A stretch of 64,000 bases of DNA, from positions 1-64,000 of the IMG/VR virus record IMGVR_UViG_3300042260_000483. One strand, 5' to 3'. Shown piece after piece: positions 8,669 through 19,337 of this stretch. The DNA comes from a virus. The stretch's first letter is position 1, and each line of letters begins with the position of its first letter. Position numbers and translations under genes: made by a program. The notes beneath the pieces are model-generated. The model saw only the letters and a program-made list of their open reading frames with translations, was not told the DNA's origin and made no database searches.

Positions 8669-9235
8669 TTAAAATAAATCACTTATAACGTCCGATTCCA
8701 CTCTTTTTAGATATTTTTGTCTTTGCTCTGATGATACGAATGGGACACTCCAAAATTGTCTTGTTTTTGTTTTAAACCATCCAAAGACAAATGAATACAC
8801 TCCCATTACTAATCTTAATTTTACCGAATTCAAATACAATGAAACTACCGGTAGTGCAGGTGCACCATGTGTTAGATATGTTCTAACCTTTTTATCACTT
8901 AATAATGGTTTTGGGTATCCATACAATTTTGTAATTGGGACAAAGTTATATGCAAAACCAGGTGTAAATATTTGGTCAAAAAATGATTCCAATGCCGGTG
9001 TGCATCTAAACCACCATACCGGTGATATGATATAAATTCTATCTGCCCATTGAATTAATTCTTTATATTCTTTTACTTTTTCTTTTCCAAAATCAAATGT
9101 TGTATTTTCTTCATACAAATCAATCGTATAAACTTCTTCGTTATTTGTTTTTAAAGTGTTGTTAATCGTTCGTTGAATACCACTATGGCAAAAACTATTT
9201 TTGGCTGGATGTGATATTATTATCAGATTTTTCAT
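8669..9235 (-). CDS. flavodoxin-fold NAD(P)H dehydrogenase (quinone)
   Basis: IISHPAKNSF and ISPVWW..TPALESFFDQIFTPGFAY. Confidence 0.85.
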   Translation of the reverse strand: MKNLIIISHPAKNSFCHSGIQRTINNTLKTNNEEVYTIDLYEENTTFDFGKEKVKEYKELIQWADRIYIISPVWWFRCTPALESFFDQIFTPGFAYNFVPITKLYGYPKPLLSDKKVRTYLTHGAPALPVVSLYLNSVKLRLVMGVYSFVFGWFKTKTRQFWSVPFVSSEQRQKYLKRVESDVISDLF

Positions 9236-9236
9236 A

Positions 9237-9506
9237 TTATTTTTTACTTATTTTGTTATTTGAAATGGTTGTTTGCCTACTACATTTGAATCTGACAATT
9301 TCTTCATTTCTCTTTTTAAGGTGTTTTTGGCTTACACCCTCATTTACTCTTTTTCTCCATAGTTTAAAACTACTTTCTTTTAATTCACTTCGCATCAATT
9401 TTATTACATCGGATTCAGTTAATCCGAATTGAAATGTTATTGCCTCGAATGGAGTTCTATCTTCCCAAGCCATTTCAATGATACGGTCTATCTGCTCTAA
9501 CGTCAT
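9237..9506 (-). CDS. TIGR03643/DUF2805 family protein
   Basis: IIEMAWEDRTPFEAI..QFGL.E..VIKLMR..LK.SSFKLWRKRV. Confidence 0.85.
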   Translation of the reverse strand: MTLEQIDRIIEMAWEDRTPFEAITFQFGLTESDVIKLMRSELKESSFKLWRKRVNEGVSQKHLKKRNEEIVRFKCSRQTTISNNKISKK

Positions 9507-9665
9507 TTTTAAAATCGATTAAAAATCTCTTCGAAGTGTTTTTTTGCCTGTTCTTTTATCGAATCTATCAATTTTGGTTTGATTTCCGAATCTTTTTTTC
9601 CTTTAAGTCTTGCCTCTCGTATGTTAAAACTTACGATTTCTGGTTTTTTAGTTTCTTTCATAATA

Positions 9666-10373
9666 TTAAATTAAATGGTCTGCCCATATTTTATGTGATA
9701 TTGCTGATGGATGATTTCGTTCTAATAAATCACCACCATTTTGTTTGATATAACTATACATAGTTTCACTTTTAAATTCAGGTGGTAATTGATTCCATAG
9801 TGATTTTAAATCAGTTTGATGTGTTGGTCTTCCATAAGAATCGATTAACGTATCTGGTTCATTAGGAAAATTATATTCATAAAACGTATTAAAAAAGTAA
9901 TATGGTATATCGTTTTTATCTAAAAAAGATGTCAATCCGATTATATGATTAAAAGTTCTGATATATGACGGAATATCTTCTGTTTGATTCAATACGAATT
10001 GGTCTTCGGTAGTTCTGTTTGAATCATTCTCACCCCATTTATCATATCCCACCCACAAACGTTCTTGTTGGTATTTCTCACCTGTCCACCATTCAAATCT
10101 TGTTGGTGATGTCCATCCAATTGTTATGAATAAATTATCAGATTTTACCCAACCCGTTTCTTCACTCCAAACAACTTTATTTTCTAACCAATGTGAAACA
10201 TCTCGCATAGTTTGGCGATAGATATAATCATTCGATACTCCGGCAGATGCGTTATTACAATCTTCCCATCCAAACTGATTTGCTATGTGATGTGAAAATC
10301 TTTCAGTTTGTTTAGTTTCCAATTCTGCACCCCATACTACTGAATCACCATGAGAATATAAAATTGTTTTCAT
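9666..10373 (-). CDS. SGNH/GDSL-like hydrolase/acyltransferase paralogue
   Basis: HGDSVVWG, GVSN, C-terminal HP..H. Confidence 0.7.
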   Translation of the reverse strand: MKTILYSHGDSVVWGAELETKQTERFSHHIANQFGWEDCNNASAGVSNDYIYRQTMRDVSHWLENKVVWSEETGWVKSDNLFITIGWTSPTRFEWWTGEKYQQERLWVGYDKWGENDSNRTTEDQFVLNQTEDIPSYIRTFNHIIGLTSFLDKNDIPYYFFNTFYEYNFPNEPDTLIDSYGRPTHQTDLKSLWNQLPPEFKSETMYSYIKQNGGDLLERNHPSAISHKIWADHLI

Positions 10374-11209
10374 ATTAATTTTTGTTTAATTTTGTTTTTC
10401 TGGTTGTAGGTATTCCAAATTGGATAAAATTTTAAATTATTAGAATTCCACGGAGGAAAAAAACTAAAAAAATGTAATGCTATTTTATCTGTATAATCAT
10501 TTGTATCCATATACCCATTTTCTAATTTACTCAAATCCCAATCAATATCATCCATTGCAGGATTTCGATTTACAAATCCATCTCCAATGTCTAACCATTT
10601 TTCAAAAAAGACAAGATTAAATATAGATTGGTCCCACCAACTATTTCTAGCAAGATGGTATTTGCAATAATAGTAAAGATACGAATTATATAATTTTGTT
10701 AAATAATCAAATTTAATCATATCTGTATGGTATAACATGAAACAAGTTTGAAATGCATCACCATCACCATATTTTTCTAAAATTAAATTCTTCTCTACTA
10801 ATTGTTCATCGGTTAAAATAGAATCATTTTCATAAAAATGTTTTATGAATGAATAACTATCTTTTTTAGTATATAAAAATTCCTTACTTTTTTCTGCTAA
10901 GTTTAGTTCTATTGGATTTAAAAACAAAACATCTAAATCTGAATACAATACCCAATCCCATTTTGAAAAATACTCATCAAACATATACATTTTGTAAAAA
11001 TGTATTGGTGGATTTTCTGGTAATATTGGTGCTCGGAATATATGAACACCGAATTCTTTGAGTTGATTAGTTAATTCAATATCAGTATCATTTGCTACGA
11101 TTAAACAAAATTCACCATCCCATTTTCCCATTTCTAATGAGCTTTCAATAAGTGGTAAAAAATATTTTATATATTCTGAATTTGCTACTGAAACTAATAC
11201 TTTATTCAT
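10370..11209 (-). CDS. glycosyltransferase, family 8-like
   Basis: LYSDLDVLF, DQSIFNLVF, ALHF. Confidence 0.8.
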   Translation of the reverse strand: MNKVLVSVANSEYIKYFLPLIESSLEMGKWDGEFCLIVANDTDIELTNQLKEFGVHIFRAPILPENPPIHFYKMYMFDEYFSKWDWVLYSDLDVLFLNPIELNLAEKSKEFLYTKKDSYSFIKHFYENDSILTDEQLVEKNLILEKYGDGDAFQTCFMLYHTDMIKFDYLTKLYNSYLYYYCKYHLARNSWWDQSIFNLVFFEKWLDIGDGFVNRNPAMDDIDWDLSKLENGYMDTNDYTDKIALHFFSFFPPWNSNNLKFYPIWNTYNQKNKIKQKLI

Positions 11210-11211
11210 TT

Positions 11212-11835
11212 TTATTGAAATATTCTTTCATTACTCAAATCTTTATACATCCAACTACCACCACAATGTGCGTTCATTGCATGAATTTTCGGTGAATGGA
11301 ATATTTCCAATCCTTTTATTGCTTGTTCTGGTGTCATATACATATGCCAACCAACACACTCAAATTCATCATCTGCATACATTTTATTCGTATGTCTTCC
11401 ATCGTATATCATTGGTCTTGCCCACTCATTAAACTTCTCATCGTTTGTGAGTATCATACCACCTGTCCCAATATTTAAGATTTTTTTAAGATGAAATGAA
11501 AGTATCATAAAATTTTCGTTATCATACATACCTTCATAGAATGCAGTTGCAGCATCTACTATCGGTGCACCTTCAAATTTATATAACCCACCCCATTCAT
11601 AATCTTCAAATACAGGTTTGTTACCTGAAAGAATTATTTGGTTTGGGACTGAAACATAGGTTCTTGAAGGTATTCCAATTTCTTGTCCTACTATACCTAA
11701 ATAATGTAATACTAACCGAATTGCGTTTGAATTTGAATCACATGCAACTGCGTATTTTGAACCACAATATTTTGCTATTTCAGTTTCAAAATGTGTCACC
11801 CAATCCCATGGGTCATTAATTATATAATTTTCCAT
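11212..11835 (-). CDS. DegT/DnrJ/EryC1/StrS sugar aminotransferase (short form)
   Basis: FETEIAKYCGSKYAVACDS, IVDAA, SFHLKKILNIGTGGMILT; start adjusted to MENY. Confidence 0.8.
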   Translation of the reverse strand: MENYIINDPWDWVTHFETEIAKYCGSKYAVACDSNSNAIRLVLHYLGIVGQEIGIPSRTYVSVPNQIILSGNKPVFEDYEWGGLYKFEGAPIVDAATAFYEGMYDNENFMILSFHLKKILNIGTGGMILTNDEKFNEWARPMIYDGRHTNKMYADDEFECVGWHMYMTPEQAIKGLEIFHSPKIHAMNAHCGGSWMYKDLSNERIFQ

Positions 11836-12781
11836 ATTGTTTTTTTTCAATTTTACAGATTTCAATCATTGGGACCAAATTATTATATACAAATTCTCGC
11901 ATCATTTGTGGAGATGGATGACCCCACCCATTTGGTTGTATTTTTAAATACTCATCATATGTCTTAACTCCATCCCAAGCAAATTCTTGAAATACTGGTG
12001 TATCATTTCTTCTATTATCAATAGTCCATTCTAACAATCCATTATAATTTTTATAGTGCCAGTGATTTGGTGAATCAATTGGTAATTTATCTATATAAGG
12101 TTTTAAAACTTCATACTCTTCAAACCATAATTTTTTTGTAGGAATAGATGAATCATTATTAGGTGCACCGAAGTAACATTCTTTTGCTTCAACTGAATAT
12201 GGATTTCTCATACTCATATAGTAAGTATCAATTGAATGTTCTTTACAAGTTTTTTCTAATAATAACCACATTTCTAACCAATGCATCGTTTGGTTTATGA
12301 TATTATTCCAATTTATATCCAATTCCCAATATTTTATTGCATTTTCTATACCGAAGAATTGCATGGCAGAATCCGGGCCATCGGGTGGAGTGAATCCACC
12401 TGTTAAATAATAAACACCTTTAGTTGTTTCCCAATTTGGATTATAAACTAAAGTATGTCCTAAAAAATGATTTTCTTTTTTAAAATCTTTATGTAAATAT
12501 ATAGCCTGTCTTGTAGGGTCAGACCATTGCGTGAATACTGATATGTTCCAGGGTTTAACTCCTTCTTTAATCAATCTATCGATGTGATATAAAAGTATTC
12601 TACACATGGATACGTTATCATTAGTTGCACCACCATAGTTCAATACTTTATACCCATCGCCCAAATATTCTTGAAGAAAATATGGCCATGATAATCTGTT
12701 ATCATCAGTTGGTTCTAAGTCATTTGGATTTAATCTTACATTATTTGTAAATGAACAACCAGTTGTTAAAACGTATTTCAT
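11816..12781 (-). CDS. SGNH-like paralogue
   Basis: TGCSFT, SWP, GGATNDN, GHPS. Confidence 0.7.
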   Translation of the reverse strand: MKYVLTTGCSFTNNVRLNPNDLEPTDDNRLSWPYFLQEYLGDGYKVLNYGGATNDNVSMCRILLYHIDRLIKEGVKPWNISVFTQWSDPTRQAIYLHKDFKKENHFLGHTLVYNPNWETTKGVYYLTGGFTPPDGPDSAMQFFGIENAIKYWELDINWNNIINQTMHWLEMWLLLEKTCKEHSIDTYYMSMRNPYSVEAKECYFGAPNNDSSIPTKKLWFEEYEVLKPYIDKLPIDSPNHWHYKNYNGLLEWTIDNRRNDTPVFQEFAWDGVKTYDEYLKIQPNGWGHPSPQMMREFVYNNLVPMIEICKIEKKQYGKLYN

Positions 12782-12786
12782 TTTAT

Positions 12787-13569
12787 TTATTTTTTGGAAT
12801 TGTAACCATAATCTTCACCACCATTGCCTACGAAATGACCATTCCAACTTTCTTCTTCATGAAGTTTGTGATGTGAATATTCGTTTGATTTATAAGTGCT
12901 ACGATGTGGTGGATTATCTTTATCTGGTTCTGAAGTAGAAACATAGTAAAAAAATCTGATTGCACATCTACCATACACATCATCAGGACAATCTACTTCA
13001 CTAACGGAATGAACCGGTCCTTTTGGAACATTTTCGTTAATAATAAATCTATTAAATAATGGTGGGACTGAATCTATTATTTTAGAAGATGAATCTAAAT
13101 CAGGGTTTCCACTCCACGTAACGTTATGACCACCCCATTCAGATTTCCAATTGGGAGTTATGTATAATAATGCAGTAAGTTTTCGATGTAACCTAATTCT
13201 ATCATTCCAATTAAAATCATAATGTGGTGAAAGAATTGTTCCTTTTCTCAAAATAGAATAACCTGCACCAACTAAATGTGGGTCTGGTAATAACCCTACA
13301 ATTCCAGTCATATTTTCAAGTTGATATAAGAACTCACCTGAATGCATTATATCGTATGTAACTCGATGTGCAGTTGGTAGTGAAATTAAATCATTGAACT
13401 CTTCCATACGAGAACCTGCTCTTGTAAAAACTGTCCATCCACCTTTCGGAGCGTTCATACACTCTTCATATAGTTTCATACAAGTTTCTTCATCTAAGAA
13501 ATTATCGATTACAACTCTTGGATAGCCTTCTGATTTATTTTTTTCCCACTCTAATTTTTTATTAATCAT
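12787..13569 (-). CDS. 2OG-Fe(II) oxygenase
   Basis: HYDFN, LLYITPNWKSEWGG, HSV..R. Confidence 0.85.
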   Translation of the reverse strand: MINKKLEWEKNKSEGYPRVVIDNFLDEETCMKLYEECMNAPKGGWTVFTRAGSRMEEFNDLISLPTAHRVTYDIMHSGEFLYQLENMTGIVGLLPDPHLVGAGYSILRKGTILSPHYDFNWNDRIRLHRKLTALLYITPNWKSEWGGHNVTWSGNPDLDSSSKIIDSVPPLFNRFIINENVPKGPVHSVSEVDCPDDVYGRCAIRFFYYVSTSEPDKDNPPHRSTYKSNEYSHHKLHEEESWNGHFVGNGGEDYGYNSKK

Positions 13570-13571
13570 AG

Positions 13572-14486
13572 TTATTTATTTAAAAATGATTGCAATTTTG
13601 GTTTTAAATATGTTTCTTCAAACGAAATTTGTACTTGGTTATTTGGGTGCATCCCTAAACGATTATCACCCATTTCTAAATTGTAATCTTTAAATACGGT
13701 TTTATCATAATTATCAATTGTAAATTCATCCAATCCGCCAAATGTTTGATTATCATTTGTATGTAAAATAAATTTATCAAAATCAATGGTATCAAACAAT
13801 ATTTTTATAGGTTCGGATATTTTAGAAATATCAAAATTATTTTTTAAATTTGGTAAATTATAAGTTTTAATACCAGAATAACTATGTTTTAAAAAAGTAT
13901 CATAATACCATCCTTCAATGACGTTACTCATAAAGAAAGCAGAATATTCAATATTATTATTGTTTAAAAAATGCTGAATTATAAGTATAGTTTCAACGTA
14001 TTCCTGAATATGATCAATTATATCTTTTTTATTCGAATATTCAGTTTCATCTTCAATCCATTGTTTAATTTCATATGGAAACTTATCTACATTACCATCG
14101 GAAAAGGTGGTATATAAATTATTATTTAATTTAAAATATCCTTCACGATATGAATCATATATTAAGTTTCCCCAATCTCTAGAATGCATTTTGGGTGAAA
14201 GGTTTTCTAATATGGTATTTACAAATTCAGTTGGAATTCGTTTGGTATTTCTACCTATTTGTGTGCAATCAAATACAATGCGTATATTATCTGCAGAGAA
14301 TCCTATATTTAATGCATGATTAACTAAATGAATAATTAATTCTTTTGTAAATTGTATAGAAGATGCAGGTGCACCGAAGTTTTTTATATCGGTTGAATTG
14401 AAATTAAGTATAGTATCGTTTTTGAAACTATCTAAACCCAATGAGTAACTACACCCGGTTGATATGATTATCTTCCTACTATCCAT
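13572..14486 (-). CDS. SGNH-like paralogue
   Basis: TGCSYS...GGLDEF...MHPN. Confidence 0.65.
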   Translation of the reverse strand: MDSRKIIISTGCSYSLGLDSFKNDTILNFNSTDIKNFGAPASSIQFTKELIIHLVNHALNIGFSADNIRIVFDCTQIGRNTKRIPTEFVNTILENLSPKMHSRDWGNLIYDSYREGYFKLNNNLYTTFSDGNVDKFPYEIKQWIEDETEYSNKKDIIDHIQEYVETILIIQHFLNNNNIEYSAFFMSNVIEGWYYDTFLKHSYSGIKTYNLPNLKNNFDISKISEPIKILFDTIDFDKFILHTNDNQTFGGLDEFTIDNYDKTVFKDYNLEMGDNRLGMHPNNQVQISFEETYLKPKLQSFLNK

Positions 14487-14488
14487 TT

Positions 14489-14713
14489 TTATTTATTTTC
14501 AGTGTATCTACCATAATTTATTTTTGACCAAATCCTCTCATAAAAATACATAATGAGTAACCCGGTTACATTCATAGCAATTGCTTTTATTAGATTTCCA
14601 TTAAAGAATCCAACTGATAAAATTGTATATGAATTTAATGTAGCAATCAATCTCCATAATATAGATTTAAGTAAACTTCGTTTCTTAGTTTCTACTATAT
14701 CACTCATTACCAA
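14489..14713 (-). CDS. DUF2061 membrane protein
   Basis: ETKKRSLLKSILWRLIAT...YFYERIWSKINYG. Confidence 0.8.
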   Translation of the reverse strand: MVMSDIVETKKRSLLKSILWRLIATLNSYTILSVGFFNGNLIKAIAMNVTGLLIMYFYERIWSKINYGRYTENK

Positions 14714-15111
14714 CTAATTTCCCAATCCTTAAATTCATCTGCGATACAATCAATTTTGTAATCTTTTCTACCACCAACTTTAGATTGAATTTGATTTTTT
14801 GCAGTATTTCGGATTCCGTTTAATCCGTGTGTAAGTAGTAATTTATTACCTGCATCTACTCCTGCTCTTGCATTAGATTCGTTCGTCCAAATATGTAAAT
14901 TCATCTGTGATAAAACTACAATTGCTCTGATAAATTCCCCATCCAATTCAAAATCACCTGATTCTAAAATTAAATTAATATCATGAACAATATCTTTGAT
15001 TTCATCACCATATTCAGATTTATGTTCGGTGATGAATACTTCTTTTAACTGAATAATTGATAATCTATCAATTAGTTCTCCCAATGTGGGTAAATATTTT
15101 CTTGTTTTCAT
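14707..15111 (-). CDS. DUF4254/DUF6165-like helical protein
   Basis: LGELIDRLSIIQLK, N..IW..E..AR. Confidence 0.55.
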   Translation of the reverse strand: MKTRKYLPTLGELIDRLSIIQLKEVFITEHKSEYGDEIKDIVHDINLILESGDFELDGEFIRAIVVLSQMNLHIWTNESNARAGVDAGNKLLLTHGLNGIRNTAKNQIQSKVGGRKDYKIDCIADEFKDWEISW

Positions 15112-15695
15112 TATATATTATTTGGGTTTATATCAATATTAGTTTTAGTTCCATCTGGTTGTGAATATACTATATGGGTTGGTTTCAATACAAAAGCACT
15201 AACTCCTCTTTTCAATTCATCAACATACTTTTTACCCAATCCCGGTTTCAAATATCCAATTGTCATATGTGGATGGTAATCTGGATATGAGGTGGTATGT
15301 GGTAATTTAGATAATTCTTTATTTGTTGTATGTAAGAACTCAACTCCATCAAATTGTGGTGCTGGTGGATATGCTACATCTAATTTTAATACATCAAATT
15401 TTTCGTTTTCAAAAAGTGATGGGTTATGGACTAAGCATTTACCAAAGGTAATTCCATTAAGAATTTCCACAATCGTTTTCAACTCAACTTCTTCATGTAA
15501 CCCATACAATAAAGTGCAATGAGGTTCGGTTTCCAAGCCATAACCACCATTATCATCTGCAGTATATAAATCTTCGGGTTTTATGTTATTTTGAAATGAT
15601 ACAAAATCCTTAATAGGATTAAAATATAACATTACACACCCATATTCATATACAGGTTTAGTTTCTTCTTTTAATAAATCGGTTAATCGTATCAT
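15111..15695 (-). CDS. 2H phosphoesterase, anti-CBASS Acb1 (T4 57B)-like, with MIRLTDLLKE leader
   Basis: two HxT motifs, PHCTLLYG and YHPHMTIGY. Confidence 0.75.
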   Translation of the reverse strand: MIRLTDLLKEETKPVYEYGCVMLYFNPIKDFVSFQNNIKPEDLYTADDNGGYGLETEPHCTLLYGLHEEVELKTIVEILNGITFGKCLVHNPSLFENEKFDVLKLDVAYPPAPQFDGVEFLHTTNKELSKLPHTTSYPDYHPHMTIGYLKPGLGKKYVDELKRGVSAFVLKPTHIVYSQPDGTKTNIDINPNNI

Positions 15696-16807
15696 ATTTG
15701 ATTTGTTAGTATTTTTTTTAAAAATTCATGATGTGGTAGTGTTGTAGATTTTCCAAGTTCATATAACTTACGTTGATTGTGTTCAAAATAAGGTCTATTT
15801 TCCTCAATCCACCCATCAATATCCATTTTTATATTTTCAATGATTTTTTCAAAATCTTCAAAAGTTTCAGCCTTAGTTGAATCGTTAAATTTAAATCCAA
15901 ATTTTTCTAATTCCTCTAACCATATTTTATTAACAATTAACAAATATGGATGTGGTAGAACGAAACATTTCATAATCTTTTCAGTAAAGAAAAAATGTTC
16001 GTATTCAGTAAGAGGTATATCATGTGTTGGAGTAAATGTAATTGTTTCAAAAATTATTTGAATTTTAGCAGATAATGAATTTAGTATATTCCAATAATGA
16101 CCTGGTTTTCCTGGTCCATATAAATCAGTAGTAGTTTCAAAATTTTCTATTTCTTTATAATCTATACCTGTCAAATCATTTTTGAAAAATTTATTCAACA
16201 TATCATATCGAAGATTTCGACCATAATTTTTTCCAGTTTGTCCTAAATATGTTATGAAATCATTTTCCGAATTAGATGGTGGGGAATATCTAAGCATTGG
16301 AAATTGTTTGAAATTTTGCTGAAGAAACATAAACAAGATAGGTAGATATGTCAATCTATTAATTAATTTTGGATGATTTAATTTATAATATCTAGATGAA
16401 ATTGCGTAAGTTGATAATTCAGGTAAATTTAACCATTCTAATATTATATCACTTGTCATTGGGTAGTTCTGTTCACCATTATTATCAAGATATATATATT
16501 TGGTATGAGATGGTAAATCTTCAAAATATGTTTTAATCCTAGCAATATCAACCCTCAAATTATCTTTTAAGTCATTATTTCTATAAAACCCAGAAACGAA
16601 TTGTTGCATATGAATTTCGTCAATGATTACCAACACATTTTCATATAATTGAAAATTTTCAATTTTAGCGTTGTTTTCAAATGCTAATTTAGAATTCATA
16701 TTGTCGTTCATAAATTGAATTTCTACATTTTCCAATTCTAATGTTTTGTAAAATTCTAAATCTATTTTGTGTTGAAAGTTTTTTAATATAATTAATGTGT
16801 TTTTCAT
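15692..16807 (-). CDS. putative glycosyltransferase (GT10-like C-terminus)
   Basis: IIFET...FFTEKIMKCF..HPYLLI...LEKFGF. Confidence 0.5.
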   Translation of the reverse strand: MKNTLIILKNFQHKIDLEFYKTLELENVEIQFMNDNMNSKLAFENNAKIENFQLYENVLVIIDEIHMQQFVSGFYRNNDLKDNLRVDIARIKTYFEDLPSHTKYIYLDNNGEQNYPMTSDIILEWLNLPELSTYAISSRYYKLNHPKLINRLTYLPILFMFLQQNFKQFPMLRYSPPSNSENDFITYLGQTGKNYGRNLRYDMLNKFFKNDLTGIDYKEIENFETTTDLYGPGKPGHYWNILNSLSAKIQIIFETITFTPTHDIPLTEYEHFFFTEKIMKCFVLPHPYLLIVNKIWLEELEKFGFKFNDSTKAETFEDFEKIIENIKMDIDGWIEENRPYFEHNQRKLYELGKSTTLPHHEFLKKILTNQI

Positions 16808-17535
16808 ATCGTAACTACTCCTTTTTTCTGAACTACTAATGTTGCGTTTTCGTTTGCAAATTCAATACTTTGTTCTATATCTAATGTTTTTAAATAACTA
16901 ATTACCAACGATGCCATAAACGTATCTCCTGCACCACTCAAATCTCTAACTTCAATATCATTGTTAACTGGGAAAGTTTTACCATTATACATTGCACCTC
17001 TTTCGGACATTGTAACTATTAACTTATCTTCCCAATCTTCATATTCCTCACCTTTACAATTTTCCCACTCCACTTCGTTAATTTTGATGAAAGTATAATC
17101 TCTCATTCTTTCATTAAGAGGTTTTTTAGTATCAATAAAAGTTAATGGATGTGATTCTGATATCTCTTTAATATCCTTATACGTTAAATATCCTTTATCA
17201 TAATCGGATACAATAACTGCATCATAATCTGAAAAAGGAACTCTTTTTATATCAAATGAATTGGAAACTTTATCATTACTATCAATTCTGATAATCATAT
17301 GATTGGCTTTCTCTTCAACGTATCTTGTCTTTGTGATTTGTTCTTTATTGGTGATTAACTCTACCTTTGTTGCACCTAATGCTTTTAAGTTAGCAACTAC
17401 GTTACCACTCATTCCTTGATTTGTGATGGTACGGGATGGTTCAAAGATTGGAACTGGTCCTTCTGGACACAATCGTTTACAATAACCATACACAAATACA
17501 TCTGTGCAACTATCTCCTATAACTAATATTTTCAT
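16804..17535 (-). CDS. PfkB-family sugar kinase, HldE/RfaE domain I-like
   Basis: VIGDSCTD..YG..RLCPEGPVP, SDYDKG, DLSGAGDTF. Confidence 0.85.
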   Translation of the reverse strand: MKILVIGDSCTDVFVYGYCKRLCPEGPVPIFEPSRTITNQGMSGNVVANLKALGATKVELITNKEQITKTRYVEEKANHMIIRIDSNDKVSNSFDIKRVPFSDYDAVIVSDYDKGYLTYKDIKEISESHPLTFIDTKKPLNERMRDYTFIKINEVEWENCKGEEYEDWEDKLIVTMSERGAMYNGKTFPVNNDIEVRDLSGAGDTFMASLVISYLKTLDIEQSIEFANENATLVVQKKGVVTI

Positions 17536-18494
17536 TATATTTTTACGAAAAAATTTGAAGTTTTTAACTCCAAATAATTAGCATACTCCTTTTTTAAAAA
17601 ATGAAATATCACTTCTGGTTGTGTATTTTCTATTATTTTTATAACATTATTATATAAATGTTTATTAGATTCAATTTTTTGATTACGATTATTCCAAAAT
17701 TGATTTAAATCTACATTTGGTTGCAATGATGAAAAAAACTCACCTGCAGAATCTGAATTACAATCTTCCAAATCTATAATTTTAATTTTAGTTTTATCCG
17801 ATATATTGTGAATCAATTCAATATAATTATTCAAATAATTTTCAGTATGGATATCTTGTAATATTAAATTCCATTTTGCTTCAATTAAAAATGAAATATA
17901 AATATGTAAATGGGATTCAACAAATTCATCTATTGTATATAAATTAAATAATTCAATAAATTTATCAATATCAGAATCAGATACATTTTTTAATTTTTTC
18001 AATAATTCACGCTCAGTTTTATCAATTTTTAATACATCGATATATGCTGCTAATACTTGAATTAATCCAGAAAAAAATCTATCAATTGGATTTCTAACTA
18101 AAAAAACAATATCTTTATTTTCATTATTAAGTAATAACTTTGTAAAATTTTCACTTTTTTCTGAATTCAAAAAATCCGATAAATTATTCCAATTTTTATA
18201 GGTATCCGTTAAATTATAATTATCTTCAAAATCCCATGGAGTCCAAACATAGTTATTTTTTATTAAATAACTAAGTTCATTCATACCATTACACTCTTTA
18301 AATTGATAACGTTTAAATTGAATATCAATTTGCTTATTATCGGTATGGATATTGTTTGGATACGATGATAATTCTCTTAAAAATCTAGTTCCAACTTTTT
18401 TATAGTTAATAACGATTGCTTTTTCAAATAAACTAAGAGTAGGTTCGAACGTTACATTTGATTGAGATTCTAATATATTATTTATAACTTTCAT
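17535..18494 (-). CDS. sulfotransferase-like protein
   Basis: KVGTRFL (5'-PSB-like) and VRNPIDRFFSG (3'-PB-like). Confidence 0.55.
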   Translation of the reverse strand: MKVINNILESQSNVTFEPTLSLFEKAIVINYKKVGTRFLRELSSYPNNIHTDNKQIDIQFKRYQFKECNGMNELSYLIKNNYVWTPWDFEDNYNLTDTYKNWNNLSDFLNSEKSENFTKLLLNNENKDIVFLVRNPIDRFFSGLIQVLAAYIDVLKIDKTERELLKKLKNVSDSDIDKFIELFNLYTIDEFVESHLHIYISFLIEAKWNLILQDIHTENYLNNYIELIHNISDKTKIKIIDLEDCNSDSAGEFFSSLQPNVDLNQFWNNRNQKIESNKHLYNNVIKIIENTQPEVIFHFLKKEYANYLELKTSNFFVKI

Positions 18495-18503
18495 ATTTTA
18501 TTT

Positions 18504-18830
18504 TTAAAAATCATCTTTAGATAAAAATTCATTTAAATTTTGCACTCTTTGACACATTTCATATTCTTCGGTATCTAAAGACCACTGCATTATCTTATCT
18601 AATGTATCTTCAACTCCATCTTGTCTGACGTTGAAATCGAATGCTTTGGGTTTACCCCTTACTATTGCTTCAACTCTTGCACATTTTACCTCTTCCAAAT
18701 CGTTGTAAAGTAACTCTTCACATCCCACTAATAGTTCGGGCATTAAGACAGTTTTACCGATTCCCATTGTCCATTCAAAAATATCAGTATCACCGATATA
18801 GACCGTTAATATTTTTTTAGGTTCATCCAT
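18504..18830 (-). CDS. protein with C-terminal UvrB/UvrC-like motif
   Basis: TEEYEMCQRVQNL. Confidence 0.55.
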   Translation of the reverse strand: MDEPKKILTVYIGDTDIFEWTMGIGKTVLMPELLVGCEELLYNDLEEVKCARVEAIVRGKPKAFDFNVRQDGVEDTLDKIMQWSLDTEEYEMCQRVQNLNEFLSKDDF

Positions 18831-19105
18831 TAATTACTCAATTCTACCTCTAATAATATTGATACTAAGTTATTCTGTGAAGATTCTTCTCGAGTGATTT
18901 TGGTGATATTCCAACTTGATTTTAAATAGTTGATTTTGGTATCAACCATCAGGCATGGACCACCTTCAAAATCAAACATAATTAAATTACCATTTTCATC
19001 GGTGGAGGTTCTACCAAAAAGAGATTCACCCATAACTCTGATTTTAGTGGGTGATATTTTTTCTATAACTCTATCTTGTCCGTAACGATTTTGTCTAATT
19101 TCCAT
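18830..19105 (-). CDS. hypothetical phage protein
   Basis: ORF track; NRYG...DFEGGP. Confidence 0.7.
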   Translation of the reverse strand: MEIRQNRYGQDRVIEKISPTKIRVMGESLFGRTSTDENGNLIMFDFEGGPCLMVDTKINYLKSSWNITKITREESSQNNLVSILLEVELSN

Positions 19106-19108
19106 AAC

Positions 19109-19324
19109 CTACAAATTTCTTTTTTTTACTTTAAAATAATATTCAATCATATCTTTATTACTTATACCATTTTTTTTATAATATAAATTTATATATGTTC
19201 GCACTGCTTTGATATGAATACTACTACTCATAGAACGAATAACTGCGATAAGTTTTTTATAATCAGTTCCCATTTTGCTTATAAGTCCCTCTATGAGTTT
19301 TATACTAAAACCTTTCATATACAT
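19109..19324 (-). CDS. hypothetical protein
   Basis: ORF track. Confidence 0.55.
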   Translation of the reverse strand: MYMKGFSIKLIEGLISKMGTDYKKLIAVIRSMSSSIHIKAVRTYINLYYKKNGISNKDMIEYYFKVKKRNL

Positions 19325-19337
19325 AAATATATTAAAA

